A stretch of 59,956 nucleotides of DNA, the filler included, from Fonticula-like sp. SCN 57-25 (lineage: Eukaryota), in NCBI GenBank assembly GCA_001724245.1. It is 10 parts of 10 records of this genome, joined end to end, with 100 filler letters (N's around TTAATTAATTAA, not from the genome) between each part and the next. Parts side by side here need not be neighbours in the genome. Positions count along the whole stretch, not along the records: positions 11,890 to 17,728 come from MEDX01000512.1; positions 17,829 to 23,658 come from MEDX01000513.1; 8 more parts are not named here. One strand, written 5' to 3'. The translations under genes were made by a program, and so were the position numbers. Positions 11,890 to 22,604 of this stretch are shown here, piece after piece. Position 1 is the stretch's first letter, and every line of letters starts with the position of its first letter. The notes under the pieces were generated by a model that saw nothing but the letters and a program-made list of their open reading frames with translations, had not been told where the DNA came from and ran no database searches.

Positions 11890-13885
11890 ACCTTTTCTCA
11901 TCCATTAGCACACAATATAACCTATCATTTAAGCAGTAAAGGCGCGTACCCTCAATGGCATGTGCTCGACGGACTTTAACTTGTAGTTTATGTAGAGCTG
12001 CGATGTCATTGTGAAAATAAAGCCAGAGGCCAAGAGAAAGCTGGTGGTAGTGGCAAGCGCGAAAGAGTACCAGCCGGTGTGCTCCTCGTATACAAGCGAG
12101 TAGGCAGTGAAGCCAATGAAGAGAGGGAAAAGAACCCAGCCGAGGTACCACTGCGGGGACGCATAAAATGAGTATCAAAATTGCATCAAAATTGTATCAA
12201 GAAAGCACAAAATAGTTACGAAAAACACTATAAAGTCCATTTTTGCGTACGTAAGCGTCCTTGTCTGCCTGTTCAGTCGCCTTCTCAATATCTGTCTTTT
12301 CCCTCACTGCCTCACCTTCCCCGCCCTCAACCCCCTTCCTCAGCGTCGCTACCCTTCTCAACTTCCACATGGTCATCACCATCGACATGACGGCCCCAAC
12401 CAGCATCGTTGCCGACGCCCCCCTGTCAAGCAGATAGAGTAACACGGCAAATCTGCAGACAAGTTCGATGAGAAGTGAGCGTGCGGAAAGACCGACAAGG
12501 TCGGAGCGGCTGCGCCAAAATTCAACGTCGGCCTTCAGGGCGAAAAGGTCAAACATGGTGTGGAGAAACGACGCGACAAGTTCGGTAATGGCACATGTGA
12601 AATCCGTATCTGTAAAGGTGAAAAGTGAGACGAATGTTTAGGCAAAAGTAGGTAAAGATTGTGAGGTATTCGTATCAAGACTTAGTGCATACAGAAAGAT
12701 ACACAGGCACAAGCACATACACCCACCATGCACCATACATATACACAATGTCATACACATACACCATACACATACACATACACATGCACAATGTCATACA
12801 TCATACATCATACATATACATCATACATGATACACCATTCCTCCCCTTACACATTACCATGTATCAATCATGAATCGGTATTACCCAAATTGCATACCAA
12901 AGATACGCCTGGCGATGTCCAGTTCTTCAGTGTTAAACATCCCTCCCAATGATTCAAATGTCGACTCTGCCAGCATCACCAGGTGAATCCACCCCAGCAC
13001 CCCCCTCGTCACCCTCACATCCAGCGGGTACGCTTCCGCCGTCCCATTCACCGGAAGCAAAGCATCACTCCTCACCCACAGTTCGTCAATCAAAAGTGAA
13101 GGCAAGTATGTGCCTTGGGTCGTCACGTTGAGGGCGCGGCCAAGATCAGTGGCGAGCATGCGGCGGGCATTGTAGACGGAGCCATCATTCGAAAAGCGAA
13201 GGACAAGGCGGGGTTTCCAGTGTGTCACGGGTGTCAAGTCGGGATCTTCCACTGTCGTGTTGGCGGCAGAAGATCCTGTTAAAAGTGCTGATGTCGACTT
13301 TAGGGTTTGGGGGATCTGCCAGCGGGTCAGCGGGCGCCGCGCGCGGACCTATCAAAATGCTCAGTTTGAACGGTCGGTCAATGGCAAAAGGCGTACGCAG
13401 GCGTTCTCGGCGGCGGTGAGGGGGTTGTGGCCGCCGCGGCAGACAAAGACGTGCGCGTTGTATGTCCCGTTGTTGAGGACAGAGGAGGGCAGAGTGACGT
13501 TGATGGAGCGCTCAAAGCCGTCGACAAAGTTTGACTCGTGGAGGAGAAGATCGTCCTGGGAGGTGTCAGTGATGTAGGAGGGGCAGGGCGGCACGCACAC
13601 TGGTCAGTTTGGCAGAGCGGCGCGAGGCAGGCATGCCGTAGATGTAGAGGTCGACCGGCGCGTCCACATCCCACGCGGGCTTGATGACAACAGTGTCTAG
13701 TTCTCAACTTCTCGTTAGACAATCATACTATTTGTGCGTTGTATCGTACCTGAGCGCGAGGCGAGCGCGTCGGGGTAAAAGATGATGTACGCAGAGGCCG
13801 CGATAAACATAAACGCCACGGAGTAGACCGCAATAGCGCCCACCACCACAAGGGTGAACAGCGACGCGCACGAGCACAGCCGCAT
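11890..13885 (-). CDS. CLPTM1/CLPTM1L family membrane protein, multi-exon, 3'-partial
   Basis: VTHWKPRL, FDLFALKADVEFWRSRSDLVGLSARS, QLYINYKLKSVEHMP. Confidence 0.88.
12680..12870. repeat. Degenerate (CATA/TACA)n microsatellite in a CLPTM1 intron
   Basis: catacacatacaccatacacatacacata... seen directly. Confidence 0.75.
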
Positions 13886-13985
13886 AGCTCAAGCGTCAGC
13901 ACGTCGTTCTATGCTCGTCCAGCTAAGTGCTAGCAGCAAAAGTTTGCGAAAAGCCGAAAATAGTAACCCAGCTCGGCCCCTGAAC

Positions 13986-14030
13986 CTCTGCGCTGGAATT
14001 GTTTATTACACTCTGCGCTGGAATTGTTTA
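13986..14030 (+). repeat. 20-bp direct repeat, two copies
   Basis: CTCTGCGCTGGAATTGTTTA at 13986-14005 and 14011-14030. Confidence 0.9.
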
Positions 14031-14179
14031 CGCCTGAATCTGGGGCAGACTGTCATCGCTTGATTACCGGCCGGTAGATGTCTCTCTGCTTGAGTCGTCG
14101 GATCCGCGGCCCGTGTGCTATTATGATCCCGGATGCACGCGGCAAAACTTGATGCATTCTGCGGATTTCCGGCATCGCG

Positions 14180-14430
14180 TGGGCGCGGCGGCCTCGCTCG
14201 TCACAACGCCCTTTAGGCGGCAGGTCGATGTCGGGGGTGGAGTCGGGGGTGCGTGGTGGCCATCGACGATGAGCGTGCTGGGCAAGATCGCGGCGGAGGA
14301 GGAGTGGGCGGGCATGTTTAATGGGGTGACGCCGCGCGTGCTCAGGACGGCGCCTGTGTGTGCGATTATGATTGGGTCGTACGAGCTGGGCAAGATCTGC
14401 CGCGGCGGCATAGTGGCAGAGGAGAGTTGA
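14180..14430 (+). pseudogene. Relic of a mitochondrial carrier (SLC25A39/40, Mtm1-like), last repeat only
   Basis: LVTTPF-RRQ...GMFNGVTPRVLRTAPVCAIMIGSYELGK. The carrier signature after PF is missing and there is no room for the first two repeats. Confidence 0.7.
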
Positions 14431-14868
14431 GACGAGACGATTTTGAGACAAGGCGCTCTCGCTCTTGAGACACTTTATGGCGCTTTAAGACGTGTTTGTG
14501 TGTTTAAGTGTTTTCTGTTTCACTCTTGAAAAACGATATTGATGTGCTCGTGAGACGATCTTGACCAATATCGAACACAATATACCACTGGTTCCAATGA
14601 CAAGTGCTCTTATGATTGACACCTCTTGCTACTCAATAAACCATGTACGCACACATGGTACCATCAAGTGAACCATGTATGGATAAGGTAGGGATGCTGT
14701 ACGGATACCGTACATTAAATGGACCATTTATGCCCACTTAAATTCGTACACAGCCCATGCCCACATAACTATCTTTCCCTTCCTCCTCTGTGCCCAACCA
14801 ATTCCATTTTTTTAAAAATGTATGTATATTCAACATCAACATCATCGTCGTCCATTTAATAGAGATCA

Positions 14869-16284
14869 CTACACGCGGAGCCATGAAGACGAGTTGGCGA
14901 CGCGGTTGTAGTCGGGGAGCGCCTCGATGGGGCCCGAGCCGATCATGACGGGGTCCTTGTCGTAGAGGTACTTTGAGGCGACGCGGCGGACGTCGGCGGC
15001 CGACACGCTCGAGATGCGCGCGTCGAGCTCATAGGGCGTCAGCCTGCGGCCGTACGCGAGCAGCTGGCGGCCAATGTCGTCGGCGACCATGGTGCTGCCG
15101 TCGAGGCCCATGAGGACCGAGGTCTTGATCTGGCTCTTGGCGCGGTCGACCTCGGCGTCGGTCACGTCGAGGCACATGCGCACCCACTCCTGCTGGATGT
15201 AGTAGACAACGTCGTCGAGGCGCATGCGGTCGGGCGACACAATGTGGATGCCAAACATGCCAGTGTCAGAGTACGAGGTGCTAAACGACGTGAACGAGTT
15301 GGCAATGTGCGAGTCGGCGACGCGCTGGGCGAGGCGCGACGACACGTTCTTGCCGCCGCCGAGCGCGCGGTCCCACGAGCCGATGAGCGCCTGCGCGACG
15401 AGCAGCGGGAAGTAGTCGGGCGAGGAGTGCGCGCAGCCCTCGACGGCGAGCACAATGTGCGCAGCGTCCTGGCTGTCGTCGCGGTTGCGCATCTCGGCGC
15501 CAATGAAGCGCGGCTTGGGGGAAGCCGGCTTGGGCTGCGACGACGGCAGGGAAGTGAACGACTTTTGGGCGAGCGCCACGAGCTCCTCGTGGTTGACGCC
15601 GCCGGCGCCGACGAGCACCATGCGCGACGCGCTGTAGTGCTGCTTCATGTACTCGACGAGATCGGCGCGCGAGATGGACGCGATCTGCTCGCGCGAGCCG
15701 AGGATGGTCATGCCGAGCGGGTGGTTCTGGTAGGCCACGGCGTGGAGGTGATCAAGCATGACCTCCTGCGGGAGATCGCGCTCGACCCACTCGAGCTCGC
15801 TCGTGATCGTGTGGCGCTCGGCGGCAATGGCAGCCTCCGAAAGAGAGGCATTCTGCAAAATGTCAGAGAGGACATCGACCGCGAACGGCAGGTCCTTCTT
15901 AAACACCTTGGCGTAGTAAGAGGTCACCTCGCGCGAGGTGTACGCGTTCAGGTGCGCGCCAAGGTTCTCCGTCATGAGCTCAATGTCGGCGCCAGAGCGC
16001 TTGGCAGTGCCCTTAAAGATCAGGTGCTCCAAAAAGTGAGCAACGCCGTTGTTCTTGGGCGTCTCGAAGCGGCTGCCGGCGTCAATCCAGACACCGACGG
16101 TAGCCGTCTCGCTCTTGTTGTCCTCGGTCGCGACGCGCATGCCGTTCGGCAAAACGGTAACGCGCGTTTCCGGCACATTAAGAAGCGACTGCGGGTACGA
16201 GTAGCTCAAACCACGCGAAAGAACCGCACGCGCGGCAACCGGGAGCGCGGAAGGGCGCGCAGCCACCCGCAGCAACGACGCCAT
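14869..16284 (-). CDS. PMPCB: Mitochondrial processing peptidase beta subunit (M16 family), intronless
   Basis: Presequence; VGVWIDAGSRFE...NNGVAHFLEHLIFKGT (HxxEH), LNAYTSRE; C-terminal WLR. Confidence 0.93.
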   Translation of the reverse strand: MASLLRVAARPSALPVAARAVLSRGLSYSYPQSLLNVPETRVTVLPNGMRVATEDNKSETATVGVWIDAGSRFETPKNNGVAHFLEHLIFKGTAKRSGADIELMTENLGAHLNAYTSREVTSYYAKVFKKDLPFAVDVLSDILQNASLSEAAIAAERHTITSELEWVERDLPQEVMLDHLHAVAYQNHPLGMTILGSREQIASISRADLVEYMKQHYSASRMVLVGAGGVNHEELVALAQKSFTSLPSSQPKPASPKPRFIGAEMRNRDDSQDAAHIVLAVEGCAHSSPDYFPLLVAQALIGSWDRALGGGKNVSSRLAQRVADSHIANSFTSFSTSYSDTGMFGIHIVSPDRMRLDDVVYYIQQEWVRMCLDVTDAEVDRAKSQIKTSVLMGLDGSTMVADDIGRQLLAYGRRLTPYELDARISSVSAADVRRVASKYLYDKDPVMIGSGPIEALPDYNRVANSSSWLRV

Positions 16285-16605
16285 TTTTTTCTTCGTCCCG
16301 CGGTCGAGGAAGGGATCGCCCGAGAGAGAAAAAGAGAGACAAAGGGAAACGAAACGTGTCCCGATTTCGCTTTCAACTTGACCATTCCGGAATGAATGAT
16401 TCCGGAATCAGATTGTTCCACGCCGCCGTGACACACCAGCCTGCGGCAAACACCGGCGGGCGACTGATCAGGGCACCAAGCGGCGTTAAGGGAGCGAGAC
16501 ACCGAGACGAGGGTGAGTACGCGGACAGTGCCACGCTTTGTTTCTTTTTTTCTTTGAACTACTTTTTGCTCGTCTCTGTCTTTCCGGTGAGGACCACTAA
16601 AGAAG

Positions 16606-17728
16606 ATGGCGGACGAGATGCGGCGCATGCTGCAGGAGCTCATGGGCCAGGACCCTGCCAGTACGCGCCTTTTCGTTTCATTCTGCTTGGACGCTGACAC
16701 GCTGTTTAGCAAATGGAAAAAAGATTCACTTTACTGACAGCGACGTTTGCCGCAATTTCCTCTGTGGTCTGTGCCCGCACGATCTCTTCCCCAACACTGT
16801 ACGCGCGCATTGGCTTTACGCCCGTCAGCCTTCTAACGACGTCATGTCTCTCTTTTCTCTTTTCTTTCTTTTTCTTTACCTACTCTTTCCCTTTTTCTTG
16901 TGCTTGTTTTCACAGCGCCTTGACTTTGGCAAGTGCCCTAAGATCCACTCTGAGCATCTCCAGCGCGAGTACCAGGAGGCTCGCAAGAGCAAGGACTATG
17001 GGTATGAGTATGACTGGGAGCGCACTCTGTCGCGCATTGCGCACGACAACGACTTGATGATCTCGCGGCAGAAGCAGCGCGTCGAGGACACGCAGAGCAA
17101 GGAAGTCGATCTGCTCTCTGCCGAGACGATGGCCAAAATCGCCGATGCCGAAAAAAAAATGGTCGAGCTGGACGCTCAAATCGACGAGCTAACCGCCGAG
17201 CTAAAGGTCGACGAAATGAAGGAAAAGAACGACGAAAAAGAGGCGCTCGAAAAGCAGATCAAAGAGTGGAACGACTCGATCCGCAACAACGAAAAGACAA
17301 GCACGGGCGGCCTGCAAAAGCTCCGCGTCTGCGAGGTTTGCGGTGCGCAGCTCAGCTCTTATGAGGTTGACGAGCGCCTCGCCGACCACTTTACGGGCAA
17401 GATGCACGTCGGCATGAAGGAGATCCGCGACACGCTCGAAAAGCTCCGGGCCACCAAGAGGGAGACATCTAGGTACGACACTAGAAAAAAAACATGTTAG
17501 GTTGGTAATGGTGACTCATCGTTTGGTAGGAGCGGTAGCAGGGAGCGCTCGAGGTCGCCCAGGCGCTATGACGACAGGCGGAGGTACGACGATAGGCGCT
17601 ATGACGACAGGCGTTACGATGATAGGCGCTACGATGATAGGCGCTATGATGATAGGCGCTACGACAGCAGGCGCTATGATGATGGCCGGTATGACGACAG
17701 GCGCTACGACGACAGGCGCGACAGACGG
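16606..17728 (+). CDS. LUC7: LUC7 family U1 snRNP protein, multi-exon, 3'-partial
   Basis: MRRMLQELMG, VCRNFLCGLCPHDLFPNT, DFGKCPKIH, QKLRVCEVCGAQLS...RLADHFTGKMHVG. Confidence 0.92.
17561..17720 (+). repeat. 15-bp coding tandem repeat encoding (YDDRR)n in the LUC7 tail
   Basis: About 10 units like AGGCGCTATGACGAC. Confidence 0.85.
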
Positions 17729-18657
17729 NNNNNNNNNNNNNNNNNNNNNNNNNNNNNNNNNNNNNNNNNNNNTTAATTAATTAANNNNNNNNNNNNNNNN
17801 NNNNNNNNNNNNNNNNNNNNNNNNNNNNGGAACCCAATCGGATACATCCAAGAAGTGCCAAAGCTAGGAGTTATCGCTGATTGGTAGAATGTTCCATGTT
17901 CACCGTGCGATACCGTGACTGAGCAAATTGAGCAATAACACACCAGAAACACACCCGAAACACACCAGAAACACACTCGGCACAGCAACGGCTGTCACGC
18001 CATAAAGGACAACTTGTTCGGCCCTTTTGTCGCTGCTGCGCGGCCCTCTTCGCTTCTCTCCCGCCCCTCGCCTCTACCTTTCGCCTCTTTTTCTCGTCTT
18101 CTCTCTCTCTCTCTCTCTCGAGATCACCCTGTACAACCGCTCTCTGTTTACTCCTTCCAGTTTTTATCGATGAAAAATGCCACCGCGCCGAACGCCGCCA
18201 ATCAAAAGACAACAAACGTCCGAGCCGACCAATCAAAAAGACAAGTTCCGTCGAGCTCGGTCAATCGAATGACACCTTTTTAGTGGTCCTCGGTGCGCGC
18301 CGGCTCGCTGCCCTGCGCCTCGGCGCCGCGCGACTCGAAGCGGTCCCCGCCGCAAGGCCCGTCGCGGTTCCTGCCCGACCTAGTCGCCACTTGTCAGCCA
18401 AACCATAGAGACCAAAGTATTGCTGCAGCGAAAGTAATAGATGCGAGGGCCACGCCTCACAGGTCGCTCAATCAATCACCATATACGATTATGCGGACCT
18501 TGACGTCGATGCGGCGGATGCGGCCGCAGCGGCTTAAAAGGTCCTCGACGTCCCTCTCGCGTGCATCGCAGGGAAGGCGGCCGACAAAGATGCGGCGGCG
18601 ATCACCGCGGTAACCACTTGAAGGTCGTACGATACCGTGTTGACGTAATCATGCATC

Positions 18658-20881
18658 ATGCGCCTGGTTGAGACGTTTGGCGTGTGCACGCCGCGCTGCA
18701 CGTCGGCCGTCGTGGACCGCGCCTCTGGCGTGCTCACGGCCCCGCTCGGCCCGTCCATAGTGCAGTGGGACCTTGCGAGCCTCACGCGGCTGCGCGCCGT
18801 CCTCGCGCACCGCGATGTCATCGTGGCGCTCGTCCGCGTCCGCCTTTCCTTTTGGCCCGATCCCGTCTACCTGACATGCTCATTCGGCGGACATGTGCGC
18901 CTCTGGGATCACCATCTCTCTCCGTACGCTTTTAGCAATATCTTTTCTTTGCTGAGCATTGCGCAGGCTTTCCGGCGAGCTGGATCTTGCCGTCCGCAGC
19001 GATGTCCTTTCGCACTTTGGCGATCGCTTCGTGCTGACAACCGAGGAGGATCACAAGCCCGCGGGCATCGTGATCCTAGAAGCAAGGCGTGGCAGCGACA
19101 CGTGGCCGCTCGAGCTTGTATTTATTGACCGCGTGCGCCGGCCGATCTCGTTCGCGTGCTTTGCGGGCGACTGCTGCGACCCCGTCCTGCTCGAGCAGGC
19201 TGACGATCTCGTCACCGTCTCGCGCCTCGCCGCCGCTCCCGCCGCGCATCCCGGCAATCTCGTCCCAGAAACCACTTTAACCCTGCCGACGACACTGCGC
19301 GGCACAGTTGACGTTGTCGTCGTAAGCGATGAGCTCGGCCTGATCGCCGTCGGCTTTCAGGGTCGCCGCGTGACCCTGCTCGACAGCCGTACGCTCGAGG
19401 TGCGGACGTCTTTTCTTTGCACCGGCCGCGGCGTGTTCAAGACGCTCGTCATGCACAAGGAGCAAGGCACCATTGCGTGCCCGACGGACGCGGGCGCAGT
19501 TCTGCTGTACGACATTGAGCTGCTGCTCGCATTGGGGCCGTCACAAGTATGGTCCGACAGCGACGGGTACGGATATTGTTTTGTGTCTTTGTGTGTGGTA
19601 AAATGACATTTTAGTATACTTTTACCATGCTTTGATCTTTCTTTTGACGTCTTTTAACACAATTATATTTCTAGTTTGCAACCGCGCGCCTCCTTTTCCG
19701 TCTCTAGCGGCGTCATTCACCTCTTTGAGTGGCTCGACGACCACCACGAGCGCGCCTGCGTCGTCAACGACTACGAACTGAGCGTCGTCCACACCTCTTC
19801 TTCCCTTTCACCCTGCCCCTCAACCGTCTCCTTCCACGCAGTCACGTGCTGCGGCGTCGACGTTGCCCACGACACCACCGGCGCACTCATCGCCGCGGGC
19901 GACTTTTCTGGCCGTCTTTTTCTTTGGCGCGTCCCTGGCCCTTTGCCACTCGCACAGGCGCATATTCAGAATTGCAGTGTGCGCTCTGTTGCTTTCATTA
20001 GTAATGAACCGAATTTTGTACTTGTGGGTGATACGGAAGGCGCGCTGTTTGAGTGGCGAGTGGGGGACGAGCCGAGAAAAGTGGCGCAAGTGGATGCGAC
20101 GGCCACATGTATTGCGTCGGTAGGACAATTGTGGGCAGTGGCGACGACGGGTGGCCACGTGTATGTGTTTGAAAGGCGTGAAGGGATTATGAGGCTGATG
20201 TTTTGCTTTCTGGCGCATGAGCGTGCTGATGAGGAGGCGGAAAGAGATATGCGATTTGGGTCGCTGCATCGATACGCTGAAGTGTGGTCGACGTGTTTTG
20301 CGCCTCAAAATGACGCAAATGTGGTGCAAAATAGCGTGGAAAGTACCCAAATTGGTGCAAAAATGGGGGAAATGCGGCTTTTAACGGGGTCAGAAGACCA
20401 AACTGCGCGCATTTTCCGCATCGAAACAGCCGCCGGCGACGCTCTTCTTGAGCGCACACTTTATGGCCACACCGCGGCAGTCACGAGCGTCCAATGGAAA
20501 CACACTGCAGCACGTGGCCACCTTATTGTGACCGCTTCCGACGACTGTTCCGTCCGCGTCTACGACGGCCAATCATATGACGTTGTCTCTGTGCTGTCGA
20601 CGGCGGCGGCGGGGCTCGGCTGGCACACAATTACGTACTGCGTGCTTGACGCCGAAGCAGAAATAGAGGGCGAGCCGCTTATTGTGTGCGGGACTTCGAA
20701 TGGGCATTTGGCAGTGTGGGATGTGGCGGGAAAGGGGGTGGAAATGGGGGCGCCGCGCGTATTCAAGCCGCATGTCGGGTCGGTTGAGGGGGTGGCAATC
20801 ATGGCTGAGAAGGGGTGGATTGCCACGTGTTCGTCTGACTGTACTGTTCATCTCTTTTCAACAAGGCAGCCGAGGCTATAA
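18658..20881 (+). CDS. WD40-repeat protein, multi-exon
   Basis: AHRDVI...TCSFGGHVRLWD; LLTGSEDQTARIF; GHTAAVTSVQW...VTASDDCSVRVYD; HVGSVEGV...ATCSSDCTVHLF. Confidence 0.85.
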
Positions 20882-21260
20882 TGTGTGTTTTATGTGTATA
20901 TTAGATATATTTTTGTTGACATTATTTCATATTGGCCGTCGTACTGCGCCGGTTTTTTGGTGCTGTTGACCGCTTTACCCAATGTGAATTTAGGATGCCC
21001 AAAGTGAATTTGCGATTCTGGCCACTGATTCCAAAGATGTGCCTGGCAAAGGCGCTATTGTTCCATGCTGAAAATTTATTGCGCTTTATTATATCTATAA
21101 TTATGAACGCGCTATGTACAATTCCATGAATAGATATATTATTTTCATCTACTTTATCTCTCATATTGTGCGACTGCTTTGCTTTCGGGCCTCTGCGATC
21201 ATCCTGCCCAAAGTGAATGCGCCCCCTGCCCAAATTGAATTCGCGCTCGCGGCCGCCGCC

Positions 21261-22490
21261 ATGAACCGCTACCGGCAGGAAGGCAAGCTCGGCAAGGGCG
21301 CCTTTGGCACCGTCTTCAAGGCCGTGCACATAGACACTGGCCAGGTGGTACGCCGCTGCTCGCTCGCTGTAATGCGCCTAATATTGCTGTGCAGGTGGCC
21401 GTAAAGCGGCTGAAAAATGCGTTTCCGACCTGGGAAAGTTGCCTCGCGCACCCTGAAGTACGCGCGCTGCAGCAGCTCAGCCACCCGCACATTATCAAGC
21501 TGCGCGAGGTGCTTCGCGAAAACTGCCGCCTCTACTTTGTATTCGAGCACATGTCGCAGTCCCTTCGCGACCTCGCCGAAAACCGCCCTCTTCCCGAGCG
21601 CGCAGCCCTTCGCATCACGTTCGCCCTTTCTGCTCCTTTTTTCTCGTGCTAACGTCCTTTTCAGGCACCAAGTGCTGCGCGCGCTCGCCTATGTTCACCA
21701 TAAAGGCATGTTTCACCGCGACATCAAACCGGAAAACATTCTCGTCAACTCTGACGGCACGCTCGCCAAGCTCGCCGACTTTGGCATTGCCTGCTCCTCC
21801 GCCGCCGAGCGCCACACCGCCTACGTCGCCACCCGCTGGTACCGCGCCCCCGAAATGCTCCTCTGCGACGGCGACTATGGCCCGCCGTCCGACCTGTGGG
21901 CGCTCGGCTGCGTCCTCGCCGAGCTCCTCCTCGGCCGCGCGCTGCTGCCGGGCGCCACCGAGGTCGAGCAGCTCACGCTCATCTTTCGACTCCTCGGCGC
22001 GCCAACCGACTCTGATTGGCCGAAAGGCATCGCTGCAATTCGCCGACGCAGTTTTCATTTTCTGCTTGGCGTCGGCCCCCGTCAGCGTGCACTTGCAGTT
22101 CATATTCCCAGCGCTGGTGCAGAAACAGTGCACTTGCTGAGTGAAATGCTGATGCTCAACCCCGCACGGCGCGTGGTGGCGCAGAGGGCGCTGCAGCACC
22201 GTGCGTTTGCGCAGCTGCAGCCTGTGAGGAGTGAGACGGCGACAAAGTATGAGGCGCCGCGTGTCACAAGAAGGTCTGTCAGTGCATTGCTCGGTGAACT
22301 TTCATGGCTCATCGACAAGCAAAATGGCGCTGGACATAGTCAAGAAAGTCAAGAAAATCAACAATATCAAGAACATAATCAACACCATAATCATGAATAT
22401 CAGCAACATAATCAAGAAAAGCAACGTTTTCAGCCATCGGCGTCGATTGTCAAGCTTGATCGTGCAATTGAGGCGTGTCTCTTTGCATAA
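21261..22490 (+). CDS. MAK/ICK/MOK-like (RCK family) CMGC kinase, 3 exons
   Basis: MNRY...LGKGAFGTV, VAVKRLK...WESCL...EVRAL, FHRDIKPEN, DFG, TAYVATRWYRAPE. Confidence 0.85.
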
Positions 22491-22604
22491 CAAATAATGA
22501 CATATCAAATATATTTATAGGTAAACTAACGAGATGGTTTGCGTACAACAAAGACAAGCGCAGCATATGGTGAAATAATCAACTGTACAAGAGAGTGCGC
22601 GTGC

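Noticed and set aside
14869..14871. TAR-to-Gln genetic code in the main organism
   Set aside because: MPP-beta, ALT and the methyltransferase end in TAG/TAA at their expected C-termini and long ORFs contain no internal TAR.
17561..17720. Repeat array as a possible CRISPR
   Set aside because: It has no unique spacers and is an in-frame coding repeat of LUC7; no cas genes are present.
18290..18620. Coding-like stretch with an in-frame TAA upstream of the WD40 gene
   Set aside because: No start codon or recognisable family; it cannot be told apart from UTR or decayed sequence.
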